Positions 14,330 through 27,420 of a stretch of 64,000 nt of DNA are shown piece after piece (the stretch's first letter is position 1; the number at the start of each line of letters is the position of its first letter). The notes under the pieces were generated by a model that was not told the origin of the DNA, did no database searches, and saw nothing but the letters and a program-made list of their open reading frames with translations. The DNA is taken from contig JAQFVV010000003.1 in the NCBI GenBank assembly GCA_028023455.1, forward strand, positions 16,678,001 through 16,742,000, given 5' to 3'. Made by a program: the position numbers and the translations under genes. The stretch comes from Epiperipatus broadwayi. Lineage: Eukaryota; Animalia; Onychophora.

Positions 14330-15480
14330 CATGTCCCATAAGGTTTTTTTATCCAGCTTCTAGAAGGAAATCCCATGTTTTTTACTAAATAAAAATAATA
14401 TCTGTTTCGCCTTACTTTTATATACATTCTTTATACAATCTTGAATGAGCTACACATATTGTCTGCCATTCATGAACTTACTCTTTAATTCACATGCATA
14501 TATTAATATTTTATTGTGTTGTGCATAAATAATTGATATTTAACCATACCAATTAATAAAATGTTTTGGCTATGGACAAATAAATCAAATTACTGATCAT
14601 TTCCTTTTTAAAAAAATGTAATTATTATATCCACTTCTGTATCTATTCTTTACTTTTATTAAACAATTGTATTTGCCATGATGTTATAATTCATATCCTT
14701 CCATTTGATAATAAAAAATTGGTATTTCAATATTTATTTCATATTTTGTGTAATTTCATTTATTTTATGTTGATTGAATCAGTTTTTATATTTTTCACAT
14801 TTTTTCTAAATTTTGCTGGAAAGAACATTCCAATAAAGCTCTCAGTGGTTCAATTTCTTTCTTGAATTTTGTGGAGCCTGTTTTATTTGAGTACAGTCCA
14901 CAAATCTGTCTTTGCTCTCTCTGTTTGACTCTGAATCGTATGGATGATTTCTTATTCTCCCTGTTATATCTACTACATTGGTATAAAGATAGTTTTTTAT
15001 AATCCATAATTAATTTTTATTATTATTAATATCTGGGTCTTGAATAGTGCTATTTTGTGACAATTCTTTTTTTTTTCTACTGATTCTTTAGATAGGTTCT
15101 CTATGGCTTTTATGTTCAACAGATTATATACTTTTTCAATGATCACTTGGTTTCCATCATCATCTATTGGATAAATGGTAGAATATTATGCCCAAATGTT
15201 CTTACAATTTGCCTTTTGAAGAGAAGATGCAGTTAGTATCCTTAATCTTGCTTCTTATAGATAGAAGTATTGTATATATCTCTCATCTCCAAGCTTTTCA
15301 TTTTCATATGATTCTTTGCAATATTCTATTCCATCTTTCTTCCACAAAGCAATAGTCACCAAGTATTTATGGTTTCATGCACAATAAATTGTCCCTAGCA
15401 GTTATAGAAAGTGTTACTTGCAACATATACATTGTTTCCAATGCTCTAATGGCTTTTCTTCTACATCATCTCAAAATGAT
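14330..15480 (-). mobile_element. Heavily degraded RTE-like LINE reverse-transcriptase remnant
   Basis: Minus-strand fragments across frames (RKAIRALE, DERYIQYFYL*EARLRI, YNLLNIKAIENL, KNLMGH) resemble RT motifs in the correct order. Many stops and frameshifts. Confidence 0.35.
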
Positions 15481-15979
15481 TTTATTCATATACTTCTCAT
15501 TATCTTACTTTACATTTATTTTGTTGATATTCTTTTTTCTTTTATCAAAGTTTATTGTTTAATCTCTCCATATGAACAATTCATACAATGGAATTTTAGT
15601 CATATGTTTTTGTATATATGTTACTCTCTCTCTCTCTCTCTCTCAAATGTTAAATGAGGGTTTCTTCTTATCATCAACTGTCATTTTTTTTGGCAGTTTC
15701 TTAAATTAGTCAATACACATTTTGTTAGTTTTTTTGAAATTTTTTTTAAATTTGTTATTTATTTGCTCTGCTTGCTTCTGTAACTCCTTTCTAATTCCTG
15801 GTTAGAAATGTAATTAAGATATAGGATGCAACATGTGAAGTACAGTAGAGAAAAGCAAGTTATTCAGTCCATTTGGTATAAAATATATTAAATTGAGAAA
15901 GTCATCTTCTCTCTTTTCTAAAATTAAAATAATAAATCTAAATAAAACAAACTATAGAAAGTGAGAGAGAATTAGACAT

Positions 15980-17060
15980 GTTAGAACAGGGAAGATAAGT
16001 TAATGAAATCTGTGTCACATCAAAAACTGATCAAAATGAATCTATAATTGTAATGTTGCAGAGCTTAATGGAAGAAATTAAACAGAAAAATGTATCAAAA
16101 GACTTACTAAGGTTAATGAGAACCAAGAAAAGTATGAACAAAGATAGGAAAAATTATCAAGAGACTTACTAACTAAGATTAATAAAAACAAAGAAAAGTG
16201 TAAACAGAATCAGGATATAATTAAACAAGAGTTGAAGCAAAGCTAAGAAAAGCTTAAATTAGACCTAACACAAGGTCAGGAAATCTTAGTAATAAAAATT
16301 GAAGAGGGTCAATATGAGTTAGAAAATAGATTGAGACAAGAAATCAAGCATGTGCATGCAGAGTCAGTTCATGAAATAAGAACAGATTATGAGCAAACAA
16401 ATGATTTGAAAGTTAAGTTTAATGAACTTGAGATTAAAATGGAAAAGATTCAAAATCAAATGCAAATAAAAATCAAAAAGTTAGAAGATAGTATAAAAAA
16501 GGGCAAAATTGGACTCAAGAGATAGAAACTAAGACAGAAAAGTATAGATTGAAATACCAGAATAAAGCTAGAATTCAGAAGCTAAGTTAAATGAGTATCA
16601 GCAATCTAATGATAAAGTGTTAAAGAATATAGAGAATAGACAGGAACAAGAGGTCCAAAGTTTGGAAACTCAGATAGAGAAGGGTCATTTATATTATAAG
16701 TTTAGATGTGATGCAATCCACAGTAAATGACCAGATTTCTTTGAAGGATAATTCCATTACAAGCTTAAATAGTTGGTGATAGTTATACAATTTTATCATT
16801 AGTGTTAAAACTTTTAAAATCTAAATGGTTTTATCATCATGAAGTACACAGTCATGAATATAGGTATCTTGATGGGAGATATACAAATTTGCTCAATCAC
16901 AGAGTAAGGCCAGTGATATGTGTTTGAGATTAGCAATTTGGAAGATAAAGTTTATGGCAAGATGACAATCAAATGCATGAATCATTATGGATATTTAGTT
17001 TACAGTCATCATTATATTCATGAGTTTATTTGCTATGAAGTGTCAGTATCCATTAGAAAT
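15980..17060 (+). pseudogene. Degraded coiled-coil gag/ORF1-like retroelement remnant
   Basis: Strong purine strand bias. ORF 16331-16525 is E/K/Q-rich and heptad-like, and continues as broken coding-like sequence. No diagnostic motif. Confidence 0.3.
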
Positions 17061-18524
17061 GAAGGAGTTTGTTTTACTTGAATGTCATACAACTTATATG
17101 ATGTCATAGATTTGATTTAACAAATATCCGATTAGAATGAAAAGTAAGGGTGCTAATGAATATAATTGTTGTAGGATATTTATCTTATCAATTCTAGTCT
17201 GTTTGAAAAAGTATAGGACACAACTACACATTATCATTAACTTCATTGTTGTCGTGGTATAGTTTTAAATAAACCATGAGTTATTTATAGAATGTTTAAT
17301 TGGTCATGATGATCTTATGTTAATTATATAAAATTGTTTTCTTTATTTTTATTAAGGATAGGAATATGTGATATATACATGATGCCATCTATAGTTCATA
17401 TTATAGTTTTTCAGTAACTAAATAAAGAAAATAATTAAAGAATTTATATTTAATAAATATATTTATTAATTTGGGATAAATGTAGAGTGAATGCATACTT
17501 TGTTTATTAAATTTAAAAGTGAGATTAATTTTTATTAAATTATATCCAAACTCTCTATAGAGTGGCAATATGTATAGAGAGTTGCCTGTTTTTTTTTCTG
17601 GAAATATAGTAATTAGGCTTATTATAATCAAGCAATACCATTTGATCATCATCAAAGGTAATCTGCCATTAATTGACACCTTGTCTTAATAAAAGCTGTA
17701 TCATAATCTTTAATGCCTCACCACCCTCACTATTAAGAAGGGTATAGAGAGAATTTTTAACGTAAAGTAGATTCCAATTATAAATCATAATTCTAATGTT
17801 CACGACATATACACGACGTTTATTTTAAAGACAATTTTGAAATAAATAGTGATTTAGTTTATGTCTTATTAAGAATTTAGAAAAGGCGCTATTATCTAAG
17901 TTATTAATCCAACTCTTTAAAAATTAGTGTTCTCAACTTGAAGTGCATAAATTATAATTATATCGTGTATTCATTTTTATAAAAATATTAAACCCTATAT
18001 AATAGTAGACAAACATAATGATTAGCCGTGAAAGTTATAAAAGATTAATAGCGATAAATAATTAGGCAAGTTTGAGCTTTTAAGTACCGCATAGAAATAA
18101 TTTATTAACGGTAATGATAACGCTAATGAGGATATTAGAGTGCTAAACACCTTTCACTAAAGATGAGATATTTATTTTAAAAAGTGTCAACGTTTAATTT
18201 CCAAACTTAGCTAATTAATTGCAATGCATATATACTGTATGGAGAGTTTTACCTGTTTTATAATGAATAAGGTAGCATATTTATTGACTCATATATATAT
18301 ATATTATTATACATTTCAATGTATGTAGTTTTCTTGTATAAATATGTAATCAAATGGGTAGTCGTTCAAGAGATTGTGTGATATTTGAAACCAGAAGTAA
18401 AGATTGACTTTAATCAAGAAATTTTTAATTTTTCATGGGATATATTAGTTCTAATTAAACCTTTTCACTTACACAGTACATGATAAAATAATATCAGCTC
18501 TCTAATCTAGCGTCATGTATAATA

Positions 18525-18618
18525 ATCTCAAACAATTAATGATTATCGGATGGTAATATATGCAAGTCTTTATCTCAAATAAATAATGATTGTCGGATGG
18601 TAATATATGTAAGTCTTC
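18525..18618. repeat. Tandem duplication, 2 x 47 bp
   Basis: ATCTCAAA...AATGATTRTCGGATGGTAATATATGYAAGTCTT occurs twice head to tail. Confidence 0.8.
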
Positions 18619-21600
18619 ATTCTGCTTTTTGCTTTTATCTGTAAGGCTTTGGAATTCAAAGCTGAAAATAATGCAATTATACATTTAACAACCATTTTTA
18701 ATTTCATGATACTATTCAAACCAAGAAGCCTGAAATTTAAAAGATCCTAAGGTTTCAAATGTAAGTTAACATGGGAATCATTGATTATTCAAGCATAGAT
18801 GGCACTAGAATAGAAAGCTTTTCTTGTTTTATTATATATTAAGTAAACTAAGTGATTTGTCATTATTAACATTCGGAACCAGGGAAAAAGATAAATACAA
18901 TTAGTAAAAAACTGTTGAAGTTGAAATATACTACTGACCTGAAGTGAGATCCATATGATTGTTCAGGCAGATTGTTTGAGTTCAAAACCTTAAGATGTTT
19001 TGAATTTTAAATATTTAGCTTGAATAATAAAAGAATAAAATGTAGTTGCCAGCTTTAAATCCCAAGACTCACTGATAAAGGCTTAAGTCAGAAATCTGTT
19101 TTTGAGTATAGGGATTTAAAGGTATTATTATCATTGATTATTTGAGTTTATTGTAGATAGGGCTAGAGTAGATAGATACTTATACTAGTAATATAATATT
19201 TTTAATGAATGTTTTAAATAAAAATATTTTATGGGTGAAGCTATTCATTTATAATTACTCAATTAGAAAGGACTCAATCTAAAACAGTAGATAATTTGAG
19301 ACAATTGCTACAGGCCAAGAGATAAAGTGAAACTGTCAGTCTCTATAATATCTGTATACCATTAATACCTAATTAAATTCCAAAACAATACTTTAAATAA
19401 CCAGAAGACTGTTTGAAATAGCAGCCAATAGGTACTATGACCAAACGATAAAATTTAATCACCAGTATTTGTAATTTGCCAATGTTTATTATCTCTATTA
19501 CAATATCAATGCAATCATTCCAAAATTTTATTATTTACTCTCTCTATTGTTTATTCATATACTATTCTAACCTAAAATCTCTATCACTGTCAGTAATAGA
19601 TGATCATCACTTACCACTTTTAACATGATTCATAGTACTCAATATTTAGAAAACAGAAGTTAAAAAGCAAAGTAAGTAGAACACCTATCACAATGTATCA
19701 CTATCATCATGCAACACAGAAATGGAAATACATTACAGTATAATGTAGGCATGTAAAACCTTAAAGAGATAATATAAAATATTTGATAGAAAGTTAATCA
19801 TCAAAGTTTCATATGTTTATGGGAAAAATACCAATTGTGTGAGTTTAAAAGATGACAAATTCTAATTATTTATTGATATACCAGTGCCTGAAAATGTCCA
19901 TATGTTTAAAACTTCCAAGATAACTATCTGAAGAATGATAACTATATTTATTAAAGATGAGAGAATAAAATCTAATAAAAGTAATTGTGATCATAAATCA
20001 CAGCTTTATGTGAAAAAACAAAACTAAACTTATGTTCATGTAATAAAAAAAACATAGGTCAAAAAAGATAAAAAGTACAGCAAAAAAAAAAAACAAAGAG
20101 ACCTATGAATAATAATACTTCAGTATCTACCACATATTTGAACACTTTATAATTATTAAAACAATAAACATCAATAACAAGTTAAATTGTTATGAATGAT
20201 TGTCTATTTATTATCACTGATTTTCAGTTTGAATAATATGATGTAGGAACAGAAGTATAAGAACTGACCAATAAGTGACTAAACTCATATTATGTGATTG
20301 ACAAATAAATTGTTTCCACTTTTCATAATCCCAAGATTTTATATTTGTGATCATCTATAAACTAGATTATCTTTTCCAACTCTGAAACATGATGTGGAAG
20401 CTATTGCGATTTGGGTAGTCGCATCATGATATTCATTTGGTTAAGTCATTACTCTGTGTAGGTTCACATCATGGACAAATGTAATTTCCATGCAACACAT
20501 ATTTTTTAAGTAATGCACACACAGTCAAATATTAGTTCAAACAACATGATGTTTCACATATTCCATGACTTTCACAACATTTCACTTAACTATTCTAAGT
20601 CTTTGTGGTAATTTTCAAATAAATTAGTGGTTGCATCCTCTATTGATATTTGATCTGTGAGGAATGACTTAATATCTAATTTTATCTAATACTGAATGTA
20701 AACAGTTTTTGATGTGAATTGTAGTTTAAATTTACATTAGTAAAAGCATTATAGATATTCTCAATGCTTTGCCCAATTCTTGCTAAGTAAGTTCTTTATA
20801 TCATTTAAATATATAAATCTTTTAATAATAAAATTAATAGTAATAAAGAACAAAGTCTTGTCCACAAAAGTTGAACAGTATATCAAGCTAGTGAATTAGA
20901 AGTTTTTTATGGTAGACTGCATCATGCTGCATGGACTTCAATTACCTTTGTCACTTTTACTGCTCAAACTTCTTATAAAATCCCAAACAATAAACATATT
21001 TTTACGATTTTCATGTTTTATTTTTTTTCTATATACAGTTAGGAACACATTTATTCCCTAATAGTCTTTTAAATGGTACACCCACATGTTTTACACAGTG
21101 ACAGCTGAGGCTATTAATATATGGTAGATCTGAATTTGGTTCAGTCCCATATAGCTATTTAATTTAGATAGCTGGAGTAAAAGACATTTTCATATCCAAA
21201 AATTTCAGAGTTTCTACTTAAATATTACATATGAATTAAGTGCTGGGTTTTGAGTTGATATTTTGCATCTAATGTCTGAATATGGCTTCTCACTGAGGTG
21301 AGCCATAAGATTGAAACCAATTGGTCTGGGAATGAGTATTCCAGATAGAGATTTTGAATATTTTCTCTTACCACACTTATCAATTAAGAGCTTGTTTGCA
21401 CTATTGGTACATTTTTGCAAATACAAGCTTAAAAAGGCAATGTTATATTATATGTCTTGCTTTATTGATTATTACTATGACAGATTGTACATTTGACAGA
21501 TTTGAGGACCCCACCTAACATTTCACAACACTGTATTTTAAAAAATAAATATGTAAATAAATGTCTTTTTTTATTTGTATAACAAAGACAATACAAACAA

Positions 21601-24249
21601 CTTATAAAGAAATACAATAATTGTCTTTTTTCACTGTATTTTTAAATGAATAATTATAACAAGGATTATAGTGCAGTGAAATATACATTTTTTGAATTAT
21701 GAATCCAATGATTATCTGGATCACATATAGAATATAATATACATGCCTTCTATGTGGAAAATTCATTACTGGTTTCTCATGATAAATTTAAAGTAAGTTT
21801 TCATTAACATGTGTGATTTTTCATTCCTAATCTTTTCAACATTGTTTTAAACAAAAGTTCATCCCTTATTGTCTATAATTACCATTTTTTTGAATATTCA
21901 TCAGAAGATATACTGCAGGCAGAGCATTTAGGCTGTAAAGTTTTATCAACTAATGACATTTCTTACTTCTCTAGTATCATTTACTATCAATTTAAATTAA
22001 CCAATGATGACCATATTTATTTCCCATCAGCTGGATTTTTGTCTTTATCAGTAAGGACTTGGATTTAAAGCTAGGATCAATATACTTATGCAACTAGCAG
22101 CCATTTTTAATTTTTTTTCATTATCAAGCTTGAATTAATAATACATTAGACAAAGCAGTAGTGAGAAAGAATTTAGGATTCAAAACTGAAAGTCATTGAA
22201 AATTTTTTTTGATTGTGAGATTAATATCGTTAATTTAAAAAAAAACTTTAAATTATTAGATGGTGTTAAAGTAGGAGTAAGAAGGATCTGCTTTTATTTA
22301 TATTATCAAGTAATGAGTTTATTTTAACAACTGTCATCATTGCTATAACTAACTTTTTCTTGGTCATCTCTTTAAGTCTAGCAATCTTAGAATTTACTTG
22401 GCAATTATGTACCATTAAGATGTTTAACAACCAGTTAATGAATAATGATTTTTTCCCTTTCTGGTCACATCTGTTACAAAATTTTGAATGTGTGTGTTTT
22501 TTAAGAAGTTATTTCTGCAGTTATGTGTTATTTTAATTAAATGTATTATGCATTTACATTGTTGATTTACTTATGTAGTGAATTAAAAATTCATTAATTA
22601 CTTTTAAGTTATCTTTTAATAAGAACGAGATATTTTACATTATTATTACATTAATATTTAAATTATCTATTTATCATTTACTATTTAAATAATCTTGCTT
22701 CATAATTTATAACTTATGAGAAAAGAAAGAAAGAAAGCAGAATGTTTAACGACTTTAATTTAAAAGTTATTCTAAAAAATAATTTCTTTTAACAACATTT
22801 AAAATGTTGCTATAATACCTATGCCGTTTAGTTTGATGTTAAGATTTGATGACATCCCCTATTTAGTCAAAAAAATATATAGAAAAAGATGTAGAGAAGA
22901 AAAATATTGATCTCAACAAAGTAAGTTCAAAATATGAAAAGAAAACTCTTCAAAAACATCATGGTTCTCAAATGTATAGTAAAAAATAAACCAAAGGTTT
23001 ATTGCTTTGGAGATTATGAGAAGTTTGGGCACCAGATATGATTGGCATGATTACTATCCATGAAGCTTGAGCTCCAGTGTCAATATTTAATCATAGCACA
23101 AAATGATACAGTGATGCATAATTTATCAGGAAAGATAGCAATAAGTTATCCTACATCTCTTTTCTGGAGGCACTTATACAAAATGATTAATTGAATATTA
23201 TTCTCTAGAAAAATTTTAATCAAGAAGTAAAAAATCACTGAACATCATAAAGTTATGCTGACAAGACTTCTAGATTAGTTTCTGACTATTGGCCTTCATC
23301 AAAAAGCATTGAATTGCAAATATACACACAGCAGTCATCTTTACTTCTGATAAACTATAGAAACTAATGAATGTAATTACATAAGACTGAGGTGACTAAA
23401 ACATATAGTTGCTAATTCAGTATGATATGGACCTATATGATTGGACTCTTGTTTTAGTTTGAATTCAAAACCTTGGAGGCTTCAAATATTTTCTAAGACA
23501 TTACTTGAGTATCACAATAGAAAAAACAGATATGGGATGGATATCTGCAATTTAACATTCATCAGAGGAACTAGTTGGCACTATTATTTGACATATACTA
23601 ATTAGTTATACTTGAATAAAATTGCTCTAAAGTACAAGAATTGGTGATTTAATGTAGATATCTTTAAAATAGTGGAGAAGGGTGAATTAATGCTGACAGT
23701 GAAGATTTTAAAAAATAAAATAAATGAGGATTCAGAACAAAATAGATTTATCTGTTAATTGATGATTATTTTTTCTCTATAAACAAAATGTACCATTATC
23801 ATATGATCATTTATGTATTGTAAATCTAACCTGCTTCATACATAAAGATATATCAATATAATCCAAACTCTTAATGAATTGTTCCTATTGAATGCATATT
23901 TTGGCCTTAATCGCCATTGATAAAGCAAGAAAGTTAAATAGATAAAATATTTTGTTATAATTGTGCAATAAATTTATTAATTCCAGTATTATAAGATAGC
24001 AAACAGATGATTTATTAATGAAAAATATTTTTCTATGCTTCCAGATGCATCTAAAGAATATTATTTCAAATTGTTTTAAATATTTGATTAGATATTGCTA
24101 TATACAACAAATTGATTAGTATTTAAATACAGCAATATTTTCAACATTATATAACATTGTCAGACTTAAATCAATAAATCAAATGCTGGTAATAAACGGT
24201 ACATCTTCCACTTATTTTTTAGATCACTCAGCTGCCCTAAATGCATATA

Positions 24250-25407
24250 CATCTGGGTCTCTTTTTACGCGGATTTATTTAACACGATTTTGAAGTCACG
24301 CGATTCATGTTTCACCAGAAGTCAAACTTTGATAATGCGCTATTACTTTAAATAATAAATTTCATGCACTTATGTTATATTGAAAGTAATAGCACATTAT
24401 TGGAATTCGACTTTCATCTTAGTAATTTCAATATTTTCAGTGCTTTATAATAGTAAGATTTTATGCAATAAGGAAATTAAAATCATGATTTCCATATTTT
24501 TACACGATTATAATGTAAATTTGTTCAAACATTGTGCGTGTTAATTTTGCATTTTAAATCACATTCTGTTTTTGCTTTTTAAAAAAGAATGTAATCAATT
24601 ATTAATCATTTAGTATCCGCAAGTTTATTTTTAAAAGGTGAGTAATAGCAGTGGGCACAATTAAATTTGACAATTAAAAATTAAAATCTGATTTTTAATT
24701 GTAATTAACAATTTAAAAATTACTGACGCAACTTGAAATTAATGTGATGTAAAACAAAATTTGATTTTTAAATGGAATTGAAAATTAAAAAATTAAAGAC
24801 AAAAATAAGAATTTAATTTTTAGTTGTTAGTTTTAATTAAATTTTTCCCAGCAGTGGTGAATAAATGTCTTTTTATTATCATAAGTCTAAGTTCATAAAC
24901 AATTAATAAAATCATTGTCTCAAAGATTAATTACTAATTACATTGTCAACAGAAAACCATTAACACAACATGAGAGTGAACTTGGCACTAGTTGTATTTC
25001 CTCTTGTGAGAATCTGATTTTTTTACCAGTTTGCAAACGAACGTGTTTTTTGGCAAGTAGCGATAATAATTAAAACATGTATAAAAAATGTAAATTACTG
25101 TACTGTAAATTATGCATAAAAATATATTATTTTGAATAAAATTAAATATTATAGTTAAAAAAAGTTTGTCTTGTATCAATTTTTTTCAAATTTGAAATTT
25201 TTTATTAGTCATATTTTATTTCCTTATTTTTTTTTTTTGCATGAATTTTAAAATAATTTTATGTTGGTGCTTTGCTTTTATGCAAATTTTGAAAAATCAC
25301 AGACGACATCCCCCCTTTTTCAATGTACGTTATGTCTATTTTTGCGCAATTTCGTTTGCGCGTGTTTTCTGAGGAACCTATCTATCGTGTAAAACGAGAC
25401 CCAGGTG
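24250..25407. mobile_element. Non-autonomous Tc1/mariner (pogo/Tigger-like) DNA transposon
   Basis: TIRs TA|CATCTGGGTCTCTTTTTACGCG vs reverse complement of the right end TA|CACCTGGGTCTCGTTTTACACG (21/24 including TA). TA TSD at 24248-24249 and 25408-25409. The array consensus continues across the empty site. Confidence 0.8.
24649..24856. mobile_element. Possible small palindromic MITE nested in the pogo-like element
   Basis: Left end CAGTGGGCACAATTAAATTTGACAATTAAAAATTAAAATC is imperfectly inverted at the right end (GAATTTAATTTTTAGTTGTTAG...TTCCCAGCAGTG). AT-rich, so weak. Confidence 0.35.
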
Positions 25408-27180
25408 TAATGGGCAAAAAAATCTAGTGATTTTATATGCATTAGAAAAACTCATAACAATCAGATGTAGTTATACCTTTATTTACTCAGGCCAAATTTG
25501 AATTTACTTGTGAGAGCCAAATATTTTATCACTGTTGAATATTATTAAATAGTATTTATAATACAATAAACATTGCACTATTTTCAACATTATATGTAAT
25601 CTCCGGCATTTCACTAATGAACACAATGCTGTTAATCAATAAACGTTACACCACTCTTCTAGGCAAAGCAAAATGATATTTACATCAGCAAACATTCTAT
25701 TAAGTTATAAAAAGGATAATACTTATTGCAGTCCAAATGTAAACAAAGCATTATTTATACAAGTCTTAATTCAAAGACTTGTGGGAGAAATCATTACCTA
25801 ATCATTTTCAAGAATGTGTAAATAAAATTTTTTAAGTCAAATACCTTTCAATATACTAAATTCAGCATTTTTTGCCAATATTATATGTTGTTTTCACTTT
25901 TAAATGAATGAGCTAAATGATGGAAATAAACATTTAAACATCCAATTAGATTTTAAATAGTTAAATCAAAGCGTAATGAGAATTTCTGCAAACTGCCCCG
26001 TATGTGTGCAATGAACAAATCTAGTAGTTTATGAATAATGATTAAAGTTCAATCTTATATTTGAGATTCCATTACTTACTCATCTTGAAGCTTACACAAA
26101 TGAAAAACTTTAAATCAATTATTGGTAACATAATAAATGCAGAGGTGTTTGCGAAATTATTTGTAATTTCTAGTATTAAACTAATGAACCACATACTATT
26201 AATAAACATTTTACCATCCATTTACTTTAATTTAATTAATTAATTTAATTCTCAATCAAAGTTTAATGCCCTTTTGCATTATTTGGCCTAGATGAATGTC
26301 TAGGTAAACTAATTTAATATATTTATAAACAAAAATAAAACTCATTACAACCCAGGTGTAAAGTTGGCATTTTTTATATGTCTAATTCGTACTTTCCCAA
26401 AAGGATCCATTCCTCACTCATTTTAAAGTCCACAGTGAAGATTACTTAGCCAAAGAAAAAATGATTTTTATGCAATAGCTAGCCAGATGACTATAAACTA
26501 AACAAATTGAGTAACTTTGTACACAAGGAAAACTCATTATATTCCAGATTAAACACAGCCTTATTTATATGTGTCTTAATTCAAAAATTTATGGAAGAAT
26601 TAAGTACTCAAAGCTATGCAACTGAAAGTTTCTAAGTCAAATATTTATTATTTTATTAAATGTAGTATTATTTCAACACTATATTATTCCCATACTTAAA
26701 CTAAAGAACAAAATGCTAGTAGAAAAAATTTTCCGCCCGTTTATGTTTTATATATCTCACCTAAAGAAAAATATCACTTTGCATTAAATGCCCCTTATAT
26801 ATATATATATATAAGGGGTGGACATATCCAGTAATTTTATAATCAAACTAATTATATTCCAGATGTAAATATAACCTCGGTTATATAGGTCTAATTCAAA
26901 CTTACATATGCAAATCCATACATTAATTAATATGAAACCCATTTAAGTAAAACAATTTATATCAAACATTTATTGTACATATAGCATTATTTTAACATAT
27001 TGTTTGTATTTTTCAATCTTTAATGAATGAAATGTTGTTAATAAATACTGAAGCACTCTGCATCTTATTAGTTTGCAGAGCCAAAAAAGGGATTTATGTT
27101 AGTTTCCCCAGACATATATAAGGGTAAGAAAACCCAGTAAATTTATAAACAAGGCCAACATTTATTAAAAAACATATTTA

Positions 27181-27420
27181 GACAGAATAACTCAATTGGT
27201 TAGAGCGTTTGCCATAAATTTGATATTCAAGAATATAAAGATGCAAGTTCGACTTCTATGCGAATATTGTCACTGTGCATATTAGACCAGCAACACCTGG
27301 AGAAGAGTGGAGAATAATACTACTCAAAACATTGTGTAATTACTAACCTGTTGTTTATTTGTGTGTTATTACTAATAAGTTGTTTGTAATTGAAAAGTTT
27401 AAATAAAGTTTAAAATTTTC
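27181..27420 (+). mobile_element. tRNA-derived SINE (degraded)
   Basis: A-box-like TAACTCAATTGGTTAGAGC (27188) and B-box-like GTTCGACTT (27247), then a non-tRNA body. It interrupts the array periodicity by about 300 bp. The right boundary is approximate. Confidence 0.5.

Noticed and set aside
20230-20660. Possible mariner transposase remnant on the minus strand (KICVAW)
   Set aside because: A single weak motif among many stops.
21214-21496. GC-richer block with overlapping ORFs and splice-like motifs on both strands
   Set aside because: Strand and frame are ambiguous and there is no recognisable protein.
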